37,206 nt of DNA from a virus (IMGVR_UViG_2737471853_000011:1-37206); one strand, 5' to 3'. Shown: positions 1 to 11,715, counted from the stretch's first letter. A program made the numbers and translations. The notes: generated by a model not told the origin, from the sequence alone.

Positions 1-333
1 TTAGACGTAAATATCAATGGTGCCAGCGGTATTTGTATCGTCTTTTTTCTCTTCTTTTTTATCAGGCTGAACTGTCGCGTCTTCATTCTTTTTCTCTGCC
101 TGCTGCCTTAACAACTGCTCCAGTTGAGCCCTGAGGCTTTCAATTTGCTTCTGTACCAATGCAGCCATTTCTTTTTTCTGCTGTGTCGTCATCCCCTCTT
201 CCGATGAGATTTTCCCAAGCTTTTCAGTCAGCACCTGAATTTGTCTTGTGATTTTGGCTATTTCTGATGTTCCTTCCGGGGCGGAGTTGTTTGAAATAAC
301 GGTTGAGGTATTTCCCTGAATTGTGACAGACAT
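1..333 (-). CDS. flxA: FlxA-like coiled-coil protein (110 aa)
   Basis: Complete ORF with AAGGAG-type RBS and a near-consensus sigma28 promoter upstream; length and composition match the prophage-borne FliA-regulated FlxA as I recall it. Confidence 0.55.
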   Translation of the reverse strand: MSVTIQGNTSTVISNNSAPEGTSEIAKITRQIQVLTEKLGKISSEEGMTTQQKKEMAALVQKQIESLRAQLEQLLRQQAEKKNEDATVQPDKKEEKKDDTNTAGTIDIYV

Positions 334-356
334 AGATTTCTCCTTTTAAAAAAGCA

Positions 357-383
357 CTATCGGCATGCACAAAAAAATCTTTA
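357..383 (-). promoter_or_regulatory. sigma28 (FliA) class-3 promoter, TAAAGATT-N11-GCCGATAG
   Basis: Read on minus strand: -35 TAAAGATT (383..376), 11-nt spacer, -10 GCCGATAG (364..357), about 24 nt upstream of the ATG at 333; consensus is TAAAGTTT-N11-GCCGATAA. Confidence 0.6.
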
Positions 384-464
384 ATCGTATTTCTTGTGTC
401 ATTAATTGTTTGATGTTCAGATTGTTTTCCTCGCGGGCTGGCGCGCCTCAGAAAGTAAAGCTTG

Positions 465-492
465 TTGACAGGGGTAAACGTTCGGCAATAAT
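465..492 (+). promoter_or_regulatory. sigma70-like promoter, TTGACA-N16-AATAAT, reading rightward into the 334..1061 leader
   Basis: Perfect -35 hexamer at 465..470 and -10-like AATAAT at 487..492. Confidence 0.4.
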
Positions 493-1016
493 TTTCTGCC
501 GCATGCGGGTGTTGCATAAAACGTGCTACGTTCCTTTATCGACAGGTCAGGTCACCGCTCACCCGCCGACGAGAAAGCAACACTGACATGCTAAAGCAAA
601 AAATAGATGAATAAGTTGAGTTGTGCATATGTAGCCTGACCGTCACAAAGTATATGGTGTCTGTACCAGTAAGATGATGGCCGGACTCTTTAAAAACGAG
701 CTGACCTGCACAATACAGGATGGACTTAGCAATGGCTGCTCCTGGCACATAGCAGACCAGAGACACTGGCGTAAAGCCATGGAGGATCGGTGGGAGGAGG
801 TAAAAATCCTCTCATGCAAAAAATACGCAAAATCGATAACAGTTGGAAATCATTCAATACTCGCACTATCGGAAGTTCACCAGCCAGTCGTAGCACGTTC
901 TTGCATATGACGTGGCTACGGGTTTCGAGACCGACCCGATCATCAAACGAAACATAAAATTAGCTCACATTATGAGGAAAGGTATCTTTTTGCGCTATGT
1001 AAATTCAAAGGGTTAG

Positions 1017-1886
<870 letters not shown>

Positions 1887-1943
1887 GTCTTTAAGTGATA
1901 AGCATAAACCGCAGCACGATCTTGCATACGACGTGCTACGGTT

Positions 1944-2498
1944 TCATTTATCTCCGACCGGAAACTTCTTATACAGTGTCGATATACCAACATCATAGAT
2001 GATCGCCACCTTCTGGCGAGGAACGCCTGATGCAATTAATCGCCCGGCCTGCGCCCATTGTTCTGGTGTAAGTTTGGGACGACGTCCACCAATTCGTCCC
2101 TGTGCGCGAGCAGCTTCCAGTCCAGCTTTTGTTCGTTCAACAATCAGTTCTCGTTCCATTTCAGCCAGGGCACCCATCACATGAAAGAAAAAACGCCCCA
2201 TCGGTGTGCTGGTATCAATAGCATCCGTCAGGCTGCGAAAATTAACGCCACGTTCGCGCAACTCCTCAACCAGAATGACCAGATGCCGCATACTACGCCC
2301 TAGCCGATCCAGCTTCCAGACAACCAGAGTGTCACCTGCCGATAATGTCCTGAGCAGTTTTTTCAGTCCCGGCCTTTCGGACTTTGTACCGCTTATCTTG
2401 TCTTCAAAAATCAGCTCGCATCCTGCACAGTTCAGCGCATTACGTTGTAGATCTGTGTTCTGGTCATTTGTTGACACACGTACATAGCCAATAAGCAT
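1944..2498 (-). CDS. Serine DNA invertase (Gin/Pin/Hin/Cin family)
   Basis: Begins MLIGYVRVSTNDQ with catalytic Ser and a C-terminal HTH; lies beside an inverted-repeat-bounded tail-fibre segment; start chosen at ATG 2498 rather than the ORF-track start 2534. Confidence 0.9.
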   Translation of the reverse strand: MLIGYVRVSTNDQNTDLQRNALNCAGCELIFEDKISGTKSERPGLKKLLRTLSAGDTLVVWKLDRLGRSMRHLVILVEELRERGVNFRSLTDAIDTSTPMGRFFFHVMGALAEMERELIVERTKAGLEAARAQGRIGGRRPKLTPEQWAQAGRLIASGVPRQKVAIIYDVGISTLYKKFPVGDK

Positions 2499-2553
2499 GG
2501 TAGATCTCCCTGACAAAAGCAGGAATGATGCCATTTGCTCGTTATTTCTGCAT

Positions 2554-2579
2554 TTTCATAAACGTTGGTTTGGGAGAGG
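2554..2579. repeat. Invertase crossover site (gix/hix-like 26-bp dyad), invertase-proximal
   Basis: TTTTCATAAACGTTGGTTTGGGAGAG; 20/26 identical to the reverse complement of 4375..4400, sharing a perfect 13-bp core TTGGTTTGGGAGA. Confidence 0.75.
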
Positions 2580-2914
2580 GAGCAAAATTAGGCGCAGCGG
2601 TGTGTGTGACCGGCTCTACAGGCTATATGACTATCCCGGCAATGGTCGCCGGGAAAGAACGGGTGATCATATTGCAGTGGTTTGGTGCTGCTACAACTGA
2701 TTATGTGACACCAGTAACTGCGAATTTCCCTATTGCATTCCCAAATGAGTGCATGATTCCGTTATTTAGTGATGTATCAACTGGGGCAGTTGATTTGAGT
2801 TCTACAGCCGCATATAGCTTAGCGGTGGGCCGATCATACTATACGACGGTAACAAGAACTCAGATTACATGTGCTGGCTACGGTGGCTTTAGAGTTTTCG
2901 CGATTGGATGGTGA
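2566..2914 (+). CDS. Alternative tail-fibre C-terminal segment (promoterless; joined to the constant N-terminus after inversion)
   Basis: ORF in frame through the crossover site (..[12 protein letters not shown]..) with no independent start; followed by its own assembly-chaperone gene. Confidence 0.65.
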
Positions 2915-3339
2915 TTAATATGTTTTATTCTGCAAAAGAAAATGCGTTCTACGCTGATGAGCTAAAAAGTATTTATGAAAATGCAGGTAGCTGGCCTGAC
3001 GATGCCGTTGAAGTAGACTATTCCGTATTCGTTGAGTTTGCCGGAGAAACACCTAACGGAAAATTACGCGCTCCTAATTCTGATGGTTTACCTGAATGGA
3101 TAGATATTCCCGAACCAACTGAAGAGGAAATTATTGCGTTGGCAGAAGCCGAAAAATCGCGACTGCGTGCTTCAGCTGACTCTGAAATAGAATGGCGGCA
3201 GGACGCCGTTGATGCGGGGATCGCGACGGAAGAAGAAACTGTTTCATTAGCCGAATGGAAAAAATACCGGGTGCTGCTGATGCGAGTTGATACAGCAGAC
3301 CCGGACTGGCCTACTCCTCCGGCGACTCAGGCCAGTTGA
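2908..3339 (+). CDS. Tail fibre assembly protein (alternate copy)
   Basis: 143-aa ORF directly after the alternate fibre segment; acidic C-terminus typical of fibre chaperones. Confidence 0.75.
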   Translation: MVINMFYSAKENAFYADELKSIYENAGSWPDDAVEVDYSVFVEFAGETPNGKLRAPNSDGLPEWIDIPEPTEEEIIALAEAEKSRLRASADSEIEWRQDAVDAGIATEEETVSLAEWKKYRVLLMRVDTADPDWPTPPATQAS

Positions 3340-3916
3340 TATCTGGTGCGCTGGATATGTCCACAGATTCCAGCGCATCGAGATAATCCAGCCATAGGTT
3401 ATATTGCTCTTTTTCTGTCTCTGTCAATCGTCCTAATGCGGCCTTGCCGGGCCATTGCTTTTTGTTCATATAGTCATTGGCCTGGTCAGTTCTCGACAGC
3501 TTTTCTCCTTCGGCAGTAGCGACATTGGCTGCGTGCTGAGCTTCTACATCTGTTACCCACTGTTCCCCATTCCATTTATCATATAATGATGTAGGGGCAA
3601 TGGGTGTTGTATGAGTGGGATAATCGCCAAGTGTCGTTACTTGAACTTGTTGCATCGTCTCTGTGCTATAAACGGTTTGGCCTCTTTTGTCGATAATGTA
3701 TATCCATGATGTAAGGTCTGCTGTTCGACAAATAGCAAATCCGTCTTTGCTTTCGCCAGGTGCGTCAGTGCATGAATTCGCAGGAATGCCGACACCAACG
3801 GGTAAGTATTCAACCGTTGAAGAAAGATATTCGCGCGTCTCACAATCATAATTGTAAACAGTAATATCACCTGATTTCGTGGAAATACCATTATTATTCA
3901 GTATCGCTTTAGTCAT
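3311..3916 (-). CDS. Tail fibre assembly protein (expressed orientation)
   Basis: 201-aa ORF directly downstream of the fibre gene with start overlapping the fibre stop. Confidence 0.8.
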   Translation of the reverse strand: MTKAILNNNGISTKSGDITVYNYDCETREYLSSTVEYLPVGVGIPANSCTDAPGESKDGFAICRTADLTSWIYIIDKRGQTVYSTETMQQVQVTTLGDYPTHTTPIAPTSLYDKWNGEQWVTDVEAQHAANVATAEGEKLSRTDQANDYMNKKQWPGKAALGRLTETEKEQYNLWLDYLDALESVDISSAPDINWPESPEE

Positions 3917-4677
3917 TATGCAGCCCTCACAATATAATTAAATGCGATATTACGTGGACGGCTAACAATGGAGTTGCCAGAGTCAACATTCAATTTATTC
4001 ATCGCTGTACTACCCGTAATTGTCTGAGACTGTAATGCAGTTGTGGATGGTGATTTATCCCCTTGGAATGGGCTAAGGTCATAAGCAGTTGCTGTTGCTA
4101 ATACTACCGTTGCCTGCGTGTCATTCTTCCAGTCAACCCCGATATAAGTACCTCCCTGCGCAGAAAGCAGCGAACGTCCAGTATCAACCCCGCGTCCGTC
4201 ATCCCATCCACGAATAAACTCCCCCCGCAGGTCTGGAAGTTTCATGTCTGGATAGGCTAGTGCCAGTTTAGGGTACTGGGAGGCAGTGAACGCGGCTCCG
4301 TTGCATTTAAGCCATCCCTTTGGTGGCGTTGCTGACGGCCACGGAATGGGGACGCCAACCGGCAATGCAGAACCTTCTCCCAAACCAAGGTTTTCGAGAG
4401 CCGTTTTCACCGTGCCATCCGATTTGATATCGCCAAACGGATTCTTGCGGCTTAACAGCAGCGCACGAAGCGCTGTAAGTAGCTGGTCATGCCGCCCCTT
4501 CTCCAGGCTGGCACCGGATGCCTCCACAACACTGCAAAGTTCCTCCTGCAACATGTCAAAGTAGTCATCATCCAGATCGGTGGCAGGTGTGCCGGTCTGG
4601 GGGTTACCACGGGTAAAACCGTTCTTACCCGCGCCGAACTTATCCTTCTGCGCGGTTTTCGTATCTATACGATGCAT
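3916..4677 (-). CDS. Tail fibre protein (constant N-terminus 4401..4677, variable C-terminus inside the invertible segment)
   Basis: 253-aa ORF; crossover site lies in frame at residues ~93-101 (ALENLGLGE). Confidence 0.85.
   Translation of the reverse strand: MHRIDTKTAQKDKFGAGKNGFTRGNPQTGTPATDLDDDYFDMLQEELCSVVEASGASLEKGRHDQLLTALRALLLSRKNPFGDIKSDGTVKTALENLGLGEGSALPVGVPIPWPSATPPKGWLKCNGAAFTASQYPKLALAYPDMKLPDLRGEFIRGWDDGRGVDTGRSLLSAQGGTYIGVDWKNDTQATVVLATATAYDLSPFQGDKSPSTTALQSQTITGSTAMNKLNVDSGNSIVSRPRNIAFNYIVRAA
4375..4400. repeat. Invertase crossover site (gix/hix-like), distal, inside the tail fibre gene
   Basis: TTCTCCCAAACCAAGGTTTTCGAGAG; internal dyad symmetry around a central AA; inverted relative to 2554..2579. 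Confidence 0.75.
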
Positions 4678-4680
4678 GGA

Positions 4681-5265
4681 TTACTCCGGATATTTAAAAA
4701 TTACGTAGGTATGCGACGGGCAGAGTTTGTTAAGCACACACTCGACAACGGTGTCGCCCCAGATACGCAGTGCGGAATCACAGGGATCGCCACATGTCAT
4801 CCAGGTGGTGTTGGTGTCGGCTGGCATGTTGACCTGCCAGTAATACCGCCATTCCGGCGCATTCACCGCGTCAGTACAGGCCGATGAGCAGGTGAACGTG
4901 CTTTTGTCGTATCGCGTGATGGTGGCGTCTGGTCTGCCCAGGGCAGCAAGCTGTGCAAGGTAAAAATCCTCATTGATGCCGCCCGCCAGGTTAACCTTCG
5001 CATCCAGTCGTTGCTGACGCTGGCGAAGGGTCTGTGTCCCTGCGGGAATACATTCATCCGGCAGGCCGCACAGACGCTCCCAGCGATTTATCAGTTCGGT
5101 GGTGGTGCGCGGATCCAGCTCCCGCATCAGGGCATCCGCACGCTGATGAACGCGGGTTAATGACTGTGCCGCACCGGCAATCGCCGGATCGCTGGCTGAC
5201 CACGCCGGACCGGGCGGCAGCAGTGCCGACAACAGACGGATGTAATCATCGTTTGTCACGTCCAT
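4681..5265 (-). CDS. Tail/baseplate protein (Mu gp48-like, DUF2313-like)
   Basis: 194-aa ORF between baseplate J-like gene and tail fibre. Confidence 0.6.
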   Translation of the reverse strand: MDVTNDDYIRLLSALLPPGPAWSASDPAIAGAAQSLTRVHQRADALMRELDPRTTTELINRWERLCGLPDECIPAGTQTLRQRQQRLDAKVNLAGGINEDFYLAQLAALGRPDATITRYDKSTFTCSSACTDAVNAPEWRYYWQVNMPADTNTTWMTCGDPCDSALRIWGDTVVECVLNKLCPSHTYVIFKYPE

Positions 5266-6314
5266 GAAATCGTCCCCAGAACCGCCAGTTCATTTTTTGC
5301 AATGGAGATATTGTCCGCCGGAGCAAGCAACTGATGGCTGTATTCCCCGTTCGCACCGGAAATCGCTTCACTGATACGCGATACCTTCAGCTCTCCCTGC
5401 GGATAACCATCACGCAGCAGGAATGAACGCAACTCTGCGGTAATGGCAGCCCGTATTTCCGGTGTGTCCGGCGTCACGCGGATATGAAAATCCACCGTAT
5501 GCGCCACCGGCCTGAACACATACAAATCAGAGCCTGCCACCGGGGCCAGTGGCTCAATGTGTTGTCTTGCCGCCGTTTCCGTTGATTCTTCCGGAATGGG
5601 ATTAATCAGGTCACTGCTGGCAATCATCACACCGACAGTTCCCGTTCCCATCCAGTGACGGTATGTCCATGCGCGGGTAATGCCGGGCACTTCTTTAGCC
5701 CAGACGACATAGTCCCCGTCAGCCCCGCCCTGCGGCGTCCAGTAATACCGCTCAATGACGCGGGCGCGCCACGTTTCCAGATCTTCAGTATCGAATCCGC
5801 CAGTCAGGGTATCTGCCACACCGGAAGACGGCAGACCATTCACCGGCGTGACCAGGATTAATGCCGTACCGTCGTCAGCGTTACCGACCGCGCCTGCAGT
5901 TGAGCAGGCGATCGGCACGCGCAGGACACCACCGGAGCTGGTTGCATCAGAAGTTGCCGTGTACTGAACCAGGTCATCGCGCTGAATAACACTCCCGGCG
6001 GTCACCTTCAGGCCATCGCTGACACCTTCCCAGCGCATATACCCGCTGGCAGACGTGGCCCCCTTGCGCGGACACCGTTTCATCGCAGCATGTCGCGCCA
6101 GCCAGGACTCATCGCAAAGGTCAGGCAGCATGTTCATTGCCAGATAATCGATGTAACCGTAAACCGTATGCAGCGCCGCCGCATACACCTTTGCCCGCAC
6201 GTCTTCATCCATGCGCCGGAGCGTGTCGCTGACGTCCAGCCTGGCGAATAAATCGTTACGGAGCATACTGATATTTTCTGCCAGCGTCGGGCGTTGAAAT
6301 TCACTGTCCGCCAT
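5256..6314 (-). CDS. Baseplate J-like protein (Mu gp47-like)
   Basis: 352-aa ORF in conserved position within the baseplate cluster. Confidence 0.75.
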   Translation of the reverse strand: MADSEFQRPTLAENISMLRNDLFARLDVSDTLRRMDEDVRAKVYAAALHTVYGYIDYLAMNMLPDLCDESWLARHAAMKRCPRKGATSASGYMRWEGVSDGLKVTAGSVIQRDDLVQYTATSDATSSGGVLRVPIACSTAGAVGNADDGTALILVTPVNGLPSSGVADTLTGGFDTEDLETWRARVIERYYWTPQGGADGDYVVWAKEVPGITRAWTYRHWMGTGTVGVMIASSDLINPIPEESTETAARQHIEPLAPVAGSDLYVFRPVAHTVDFHIRVTPDTPEIRAAITAELRSFLLRDGYPQGELKVSRISEAISGANGEYSHQLLAPADNISIAKNELAVLGTISWT

Positions 6315-6729
6315 GCGTTATCGCACTCCACAGATCATCAAAAGAAATCATTACCGGTCCGTCACGACGCCAGAGGGTGATACTGTTACCCAGCTCATTA
6401 ATCCCGGTGCGGCGGATATCCAGATCAATACGGGACACTACGCCGTCATCAATCATCCATTGCAGGCATTCGCGGATATATCCCCTTACCGTCTGCACCA
6501 GCTGATTGGTCAGTTTGCTGCGCTGAAGCAGCCACAGTCGGGAGCCGTAACGGTCATTCTGTACCGCAGGCCAGGTATCCCCCCACCATCCCATCGGGAC
6601 GTCGGCATTGTCATCAGGTTCAGCCCGCCGCCAGGTGAACAGGGAAATCACCACGGCACGGGTCAGCGGATCCAGCGGTGCGCTGGCGCAGGTGCGTTTA
6701 CCGTTCACCGTCAGCCACAGTTCCATCAT
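6301..6729 (-). CDS. Baseplate protein (Mu gp46-like)
   Basis: 142-aa ORF, overlapping starts and stops with neighbours. Confidence 0.65.
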   Translation of the reverse strand: MMELWLTVNGKRTCASAPLDPLTRAVVISLFTWRRAEPDDNADVPMGWWGDTWPAVQNDRYGSRLWLLQRSKLTNQLVQTVRGYIRECLQWMIDDGVVSRIDLDIRRTGINELGNSITLWRRDGPVMISFDDLWSAITHGGQ

Positions 6730-7274
6730 GCCTCCATCGCTTTATCAGGTTTGTCGGTGTTACTGCCCTGACCGTTCTCTCTGTGACGATGCCCGTTATA
6801 GGCAAGCCGCATCGCTGACATGGTGGTGCCGGTGGAGTCGCACAGGTCTTTCACCTGTCCGGTCACTTCCAGGTCCATTTCAAAACGAGCCTTAGGCGCA
6901 TTGCGAAACGTGATCGTTTTACCTGCACCGTCCACCACGATCCCCTCCCGGGTCAGCGTCACGGACTGCCCCTGATCGTCATAGACAGCCACCTCCCCCG
7001 TATGCAGCCCTTTCAGGCGGTAGCGCCGGTCCGACACCGTAACAACCACCGCATGAGAACGGTCGCCATCCGGAAACAACACCACCGCTTCCGCACCGCT
7101 GTTTGCCCTTGCGGTAAAACCGTAGGGTTCAAGATGTTCAACCCCGGCTTTGGGTTCACCGGCAATCAGGGACACATCCACGGTCTGACATTTCGTGGCG
7201 GCACTGATGCTTTTCACCACTGCCCGCCCAATCAGGCCGAGAAGTTGTCGCTGCATGGCTTCAATCGTCCTCAT
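6726..7274 (-). CDS. Baseplate assembly protein V / spike (Mu gp45-like)
   Basis: 182-aa ORF in conserved order. Confidence 0.7.
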   Translation of the reverse strand: MRTIEAMQRQLLGLIGRAVVKSISAATKCQTVDVSLIAGEPKAGVEHLEPYGFTARANSGAEAVVLFPDGDRSHAVVVTVSDRRYRLKGLHTGEVAVYDDQGQSVTLTREGIVVDGAGKTITFRNAPKARFEMDLEVTGQVKDLCDSTGTTMSAMRLAYNGHRHRENGQGSNTDKPDKAMEA

Positions 7275-8353
7275 CAGAACGGGTCCTCCTGTACTCTGGC
7301 TTTTTTCTTTTTCCGCGCGCCGGGGTCTTCAGGTTCAGGCAGATAAGCATCAGGCGGGCCGACACGGATTTCCGTCAGGGTACCGTTCTGGTCCTGAGTA
7401 AACGTGACTTCCGAAACAAGCAGTTCGGTATTGTCAAAACCACAGACCGGATCAAAGACAATCACCCGCTGGTTGGGTTGCCACAGCGTACCGTTACCCT
7501 GTCGCCAGCCCTGCACCACATAGGTGGTTTCATCCGTCCGCGCCGCCCGTTGCCGGGCTTCAAAGTCAGCACGCGCAATACAGCCTGCCCCCGTAGCCTG
7601 CCCTGTCTGCCTGATATACATCGGACGGTAACGGGCAATAAATGCGTCCTCTGTGCGGGCCCGCAGCGCGGTGGTGGTGGCCTCACCGAAATCATCGTCG
7701 TTTCCGGCACGCTGCCCCGCCACCTGGTAAACAGAAAACCGCTCCCGGATACTCTTCTCCGTATCGCAGGAAAGGATGTTTTCCCCAAGTACCAGCGCGG
7801 TATGTGCCCGCGTTGAGCCAATACCGCCAATCACCAGCCTGCCGTGCGGATCGTCGTAAGCCAGTGCCTGCTGCTGACCGAGTATTTTGTTGATTACCTC
7901 AATCACCGTTTCACCGTGATCAGGCTGGACATCAGGAATAACACCCGACGGCGCACCGCTGTTCACCACCTCAATGCCGAAAGGCGCAGCAAGCGCCTGC
8001 GCAATCTGTACCAGCGATCGTCCGTTAAACTGTGTCGGTTCGGCTGCACAGTCAATCAGGTCAGCGGTCAGACTGCGTCCGGCAATACCGGTGCTGACCG
8101 AACGGGCATCGTAACGAACGGGAGTCGCCTCCACCCAGCCGGTGATCACCAGCTCATCACCAATCAGCACTTCCACTTTTGAACCGTTTTTAATGCGCGG
8201 CTGAAGCGTGGTGATACCCTCATCTCCCGGCCACTGGCGGGTGATCTCCACACTGAAATCCCGCGCCAGCCGTTCAATACCGGCACCGATGCGCACCGAA
8301 GTCCAGCCATTCCACTCCCGGCCATTTACCCGTAGCGTGACGTTATCGTTCAT
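7274..8353 (-). CDS. Baseplate hub / tail protein (Mu gp44-like, P2 gpD-like)
   Basis: 359-aa ORF following the DNA circularisation-like gene. Confidence 0.65.
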   Translation of the reverse strand: MNDNVTLRVNGREWNGWTSVRIGAGIERLARDFSVEITRQWPGDEGITTLQPRIKNGSKVEVLIGDELVITGWVEATPVRYDARSVSTGIAGRSLTADLIDCAAEPTQFNGRSLVQIAQALAAPFGIEVVNSGAPSGVIPDVQPDHGETVIEVINKILGQQQALAYDDPHGRLVIGGIGSTRAHTALVLGENILSCDTEKSIRERFSVYQVAGQRAGNDDDFGEATTTALRARTEDAFIARYRPMYIRQTGQATGAGCIARADFEARQRAARTDETTYVVQGWRQGNGTLWQPNQRVIVFDPVCGFDNTELLVSEVTFTQDQNGTLTEIRVGPPDAYLPEPEDPGARKKKKARVQEDPF

Positions 8354-9678
8354 TGCACTGGCACCTTCAGAGGGATCACCGGCACAAAGCCGGGATGCGT
8401 AATGGCATTACGCCGGATAATGTCCGCGTCACGCGTCGCGTTATCAAACCATGTCGCCGCCAGCACCAGCGCGGGTAAAACCTCATCCGGTGTGCGCTGA
8501 ATGATCCGTGCAGACTGTTCAAGGCGCGTGTTGATATCCGCATTCAGATCTGCTTTCACCCGGCGCAGCGCCAGAAACAGCGCATCACTGGTTGTACGGG
8601 ACAACTCCTTATCAATTGCCGTATTCAGTGTGTCGCGAATGTCAGTCAGTTCTTCCCACGTCGGCAGATCAACCATGTTTTTCATCGCCGGTGCATTGTT
8701 CAGTGCCGGATGCGTGACGGAAGGCCAGCCGGTGCTCTGTGCAGCTGTTGTTGCCTGCCCCACTGCGGCATTCTGCATCACCGCGGAAGTTGTTGGCGCA
8801 GGCAATCGGGTGACGGCATACGCCGCTTCGCTGATTGCGGTCGTACGAAGGGTGCTGGCAACCACGTTACGCTGCTGCGTCGCCGTAGCGGTGGTTTTAC
8901 TGTCCGTTTTCCAGACGCCGCGCGGTTGCAGATCACTGCCGAGGCTGACACCGGAAAGCGTTTTGATCATGGTGACCAGGTCGCTGGCGTTACCATAAAG
9001 GCGTTTCCCGGTACGCCACATTTTCTGCACCTGCTCAACGAAATTTTTGCCTGACGATGGCGGCGGCAGAAGTACCGAGATATCCCCCTGCAACAGCCTG
9101 GCGGCATCCGATACGGCAGAATCCACCACTTTCATCGCATCAGAAACATACCCCAGCATTATGCTGGCATTACCAATAACGTCGTTCTGCACGAAATCCG
9201 CCACGCCATCGATACTGAAACCGCTGAAGCTGTCACTGATGCAGTCATCCAGTGCAGAACAGGATGACATCAGCGTCTGCGCCGTCGCCGCACCTGAAGT
9301 GGGGTAAGAGAGTTCTCCCGCTTCGACAAACTTCAGGTCAAAGCGGACAATACGCCCTTCACTCTTCGATGTGCTGACCCGAACCTCTCCGTCAACACAG
9401 ACTTTCAGCTCACCGTAAGTCGGATGGACAAGCGTGCCGGGACCGGGTTTATTCAGCGCGTCAATCAGGCGATCGCGCTGGTCAAAGCAGTCATCTCCCA
9501 CCACATAAGCCGTGATGGACGGGCGGAAAGTGATTTTCCCCAGGTCTTCGGTATAGGGTTTGTCGCGGTTCGGGTATTCGTGCGTTTCCACACGACGACC
9601 GGTTCCCGCACTTTCTTCTTCAACCTTAAACGGCACACCGCGAAATGACGCGTCCTGAAGTCTGTCTTTCCACGTCAT
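8350..9678 (-). CDS. DNA circularisation protein N-like (Mu gp43-like); start set at ATG 9678 with GGAG RBS
   Basis: Large ORF after the tape measure gene; the ORF-track start 9720 would place a hairpin plus T-run inside the CDS and has no RBS. Confidence 0.65.
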   Translation of the reverse strand: MTWKDRLQDASFRGVPFKVEEESAGTGRRVETHEYPNRDKPYTEDLGKITFRPSITAYVVGDDCFDQRDRLIDALNKPGPGTLVHPTYGELKVCVDGEVRVSTSKSEGRIVRFDLKFVEAGELSYPTSGAATAQTLMSSCSALDDCISDSFSGFSIDGVADFVQNDVIGNASIMLGYVSDAMKVVDSAVSDAARLLQGDISVLLPPPSSGKNFVEQVQKMWRTGKRLYGNASDLVTMIKTLSGVSLGSDLQPRGVWKTDSKTTATATQQRNVVASTLRTTAISEAAYAVTRLPAPTTSAVMQNAAVGQATTAAQSTGWPSVTHPALNNAPAMKNMVDLPTWEELTDIRDTLNTAIDKELSRTTSDALFLALRRVKADLNADINTRLEQSARIIQRTPDEVLPALVLAATWFDNATRDADIIRRNAITHPGFVPVIPLKVPVQ

Positions 9679-9693
9679 ATAAACTCCGTACAT

Positions 9694-9715
9694 AAAAAAT
9701 CCCACCGGAGTGGGA
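9694..9715 (-). terminator. Possible weak intrinsic terminator between tape measure and next gene
   Basis: Minus-strand transcript UCCCAC-UCCG-GUGGGA followed by UUUUUU. Confidence 0.3.
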
Positions 9716-9738
9716 CTCATTAACAGATTAATTTTTCA

Positions 9739-11574
9739 TTACCTGCCAAAGCGCGTATAGCCAACATCATGGCTGACATCAAAACCGCTGGATCGCGTTT
9801 CCATAACCCGCATACCCGGAGGCGAATTCACAAAAGAGACCTTGATCTCACCATCAACTTTTGGCGCAGTAGCTTTATTAATCATGAAGGGATTCGGGCC
9901 TGTGGCATCGGAGGCGTTGTTTGACTGAGCCGGATCTACCGCCGGATAAGGTGTGTATCCCCGTGCCGGTATTCCCGTCCCATAAGCATCATAAGCACCC
10001 GCGCCCCACTGCGCAGAGTTAATGGCATCGACCGTGTCTCCGGAACTGTCGGTAAACCACTCAATAATTGGCTTCAGCTTGTCCCACATATCCTGAAACC
10101 ACTTAACAACCGGCCCCCAGTTATTGATCACCATCCCCAGCGGCGACCAGGCAAAAACTTTCTTAAGGAGTTCCCAGCCAGCCTCAAAATAAGGACCAAT
10201 GGTTTCCCAGAGCTTCTTGAAATAAGGTCCGACAACATCCCAGTTAGTGATAATTAATCCCGCAGCCAGGGCTATCGCCGTCGCAATCATGCCAATCGGC
10301 GTCATCGACATGATCCTGCTGACAATACTGATGGCACTGCCCACGCCCATCAATCCCAGCTTCAGAATCGCAAGACCGGCAGCAAGCCCGACGACGCCGC
10401 GAATAACCCGGGGATTTTCATCCGCAAACTTCGTGAATTTTTCCCCCAACTCCCCCAGCCATTGCGTGATATTTTTAGCGTCACCAGAAAATGCGCCGCC
10501 AATAGCTGCAAGACCGTTAGTTGCGGTCCCCGTCATTGCCTCCCACAGGTTGGACAGCGTACCAAGCTGTGCCTGAACACGTTTATTCAGGCTGGCCTGT
10601 TTATTCATCTTCTGCTGGATCTGATCGTAACCATCCTTTCCTTTATCGATCAGAGCATTGACCACCTGAAGGGTTTCAGCATCATCACCAAATATTGCCT
10701 TAAGTACGCCTGTTCGCTTAACGTCGGTCAGTTTTCGCAACTTTGCCAGTTGCCTGAACATGTTATCAAGACCGCCAAAACTTCCTTTGCCGTCAGTAAA
10801 ATCGAGCTGTACCCCGAGTTTCTGGCGGGCCATGACTTTATTGACGTCCCTGATTTTCTTAACACTTAATCCGGACTGGATAACTTTTCGCAGGGCATTA
10901 CCTGCCGACTCCCCGTTCATCCCCATCTGATCCATCATGACGCTGATGGGGGCAAGGCTCTGTGCAGCCTGAAGACCGTCCTTGTTCACCATCTTCAGAA
11001 CAGAACTGGTTTTAGTGAAGAAGGACAACATGTTGGTATCGTCAACGCCCAGATAAAACGCCTTCTGGATAGTGTCGAACAGCCCCATCATGTCTTCTGA
11101 CGCCGTTCCGGTAGCATCCTGCATCTTTGCAGCAAACTCAGCAGCCGCTTCCGGTGTTTTTTTCAGTTGTACCGCAAGATAAGCTGTCGCTTTACCCACA
11201 CCACCAAGAATGTTTTCTGCCGGGATCCCCTGACGCACCAGCATCTGCATCATGTTCTGGAAATCAGCCGTTGTACCGGGTAGCTGGTTACCCAGGCCAA
11301 TAGCCAGTTTATTGATGTCCTGAAAACTCTTTCCAACCTCGCCGTTCGCATCCATCATGGCGACTTTCAGCCCGGTGGCGGCGTTTTCCTGATCGGCATA
11401 AGATTTCAGGGAAAGCGTCAGACCCGCTGCCAGTCCGCCACCAAGCGCCAGCCCACCCTGTGACGCTTCTTCCGCCTGGCGTTTAAATCCCCGGATTTTC
11501 TTTTGCATTTTCGACAGCGCGGGAGAAAGCCTGTCGACACCGGTGATCAACGCCTTAAGCTCAAATTCAGCCAT
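9739..11574 (-). CDS. Tail tape measure protein
   Basis: 611-aa ORF, Ala/Gly-rich with hydrophobic C-terminal region, directly downstream of frameshifted chaperone. Confidence 0.85.
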   Translation of the reverse strand: MAEFELKALITGVDRLSPALSKMQKKIRGFKRQAEEASQGGLALGGGLAAGLTLSLKSYADQENAATGLKVAMMDANGEVGKSFQDINKLAIGLGNQLPGTTADFQNMMQMLVRQGIPAENILGGVGKATAYLAVQLKKTPEAAAEFAAKMQDATGTASEDMMGLFDTIQKAFYLGVDDTNMLSFFTKTSSVLKMVNKDGLQAAQSLAPISVMMDQMGMNGESAGNALRKVIQSGLSVKKIRDVNKVMARQKLGVQLDFTDGKGSFGGLDNMFRQLAKLRKLTDVKRTGVLKAIFGDDAETLQVVNALIDKGKDGYDQIQQKMNKQASLNKRVQAQLGTLSNLWEAMTGTATNGLAAIGGAFSGDAKNITQWLGELGEKFTKFADENPRVIRGVVGLAAGLAILKLGLMGVGSAISIVSRIMSMTPIGMIATAIALAAGLIITNWDVVGPYFKKLWETIGPYFEAGWELLKKVFAWSPLGMVINNWGPVVKWFQDMWDKLKPIIEWFTDSSGDTVDAINSAQWGAGAYDAYGTGIPARGYTPYPAVDPAQSNNASDATGPNPFMINKATAPKVDGEIKVSFVNSPPGMRVMETRSSGFDVSHDVGYTRFGR

Positions 11575-11715
11575 GTGTGCGTTTCTCCTGCTCTATCCTG
11601 TTTGCCTGACTGACCAGCAAGGGAATTTCACTGATCGGCATATTCAGCAATTCGAAGGGATTAATGCGCCAGTAGCTGGCGCAGTCAAAGAAGCGATCAG
11701 TGAGGTATTCAGCCG

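Larger units (their letters stand above)
2554..4400. other. Invertible tail-fibre host-range segment (G-segment-like), about 1.85 kb
   Basis: Bounded by inverted 26-bp sites; holds two convergent sets of fibre C-terminus plus assembly chaperone; both sites encode the same peptide ..GLGEG.. in frame. Confidence 0.75.

Noticed and set aside
224-910. Short ORFs in the 334..1061 interval (224..517-, 365..586+, 536..766-, 674..910+)
   Set aside because: No convincing RBS or start context; only 674..910 is even plausible and is left as a question in the findings
2497-2700. 67-aa + strand ORF over the invertase start and crossover site
   Set aside because: Overlaps the invertase start and the 26-bp crossover site in a frame different from the fibre segment; likely spurious
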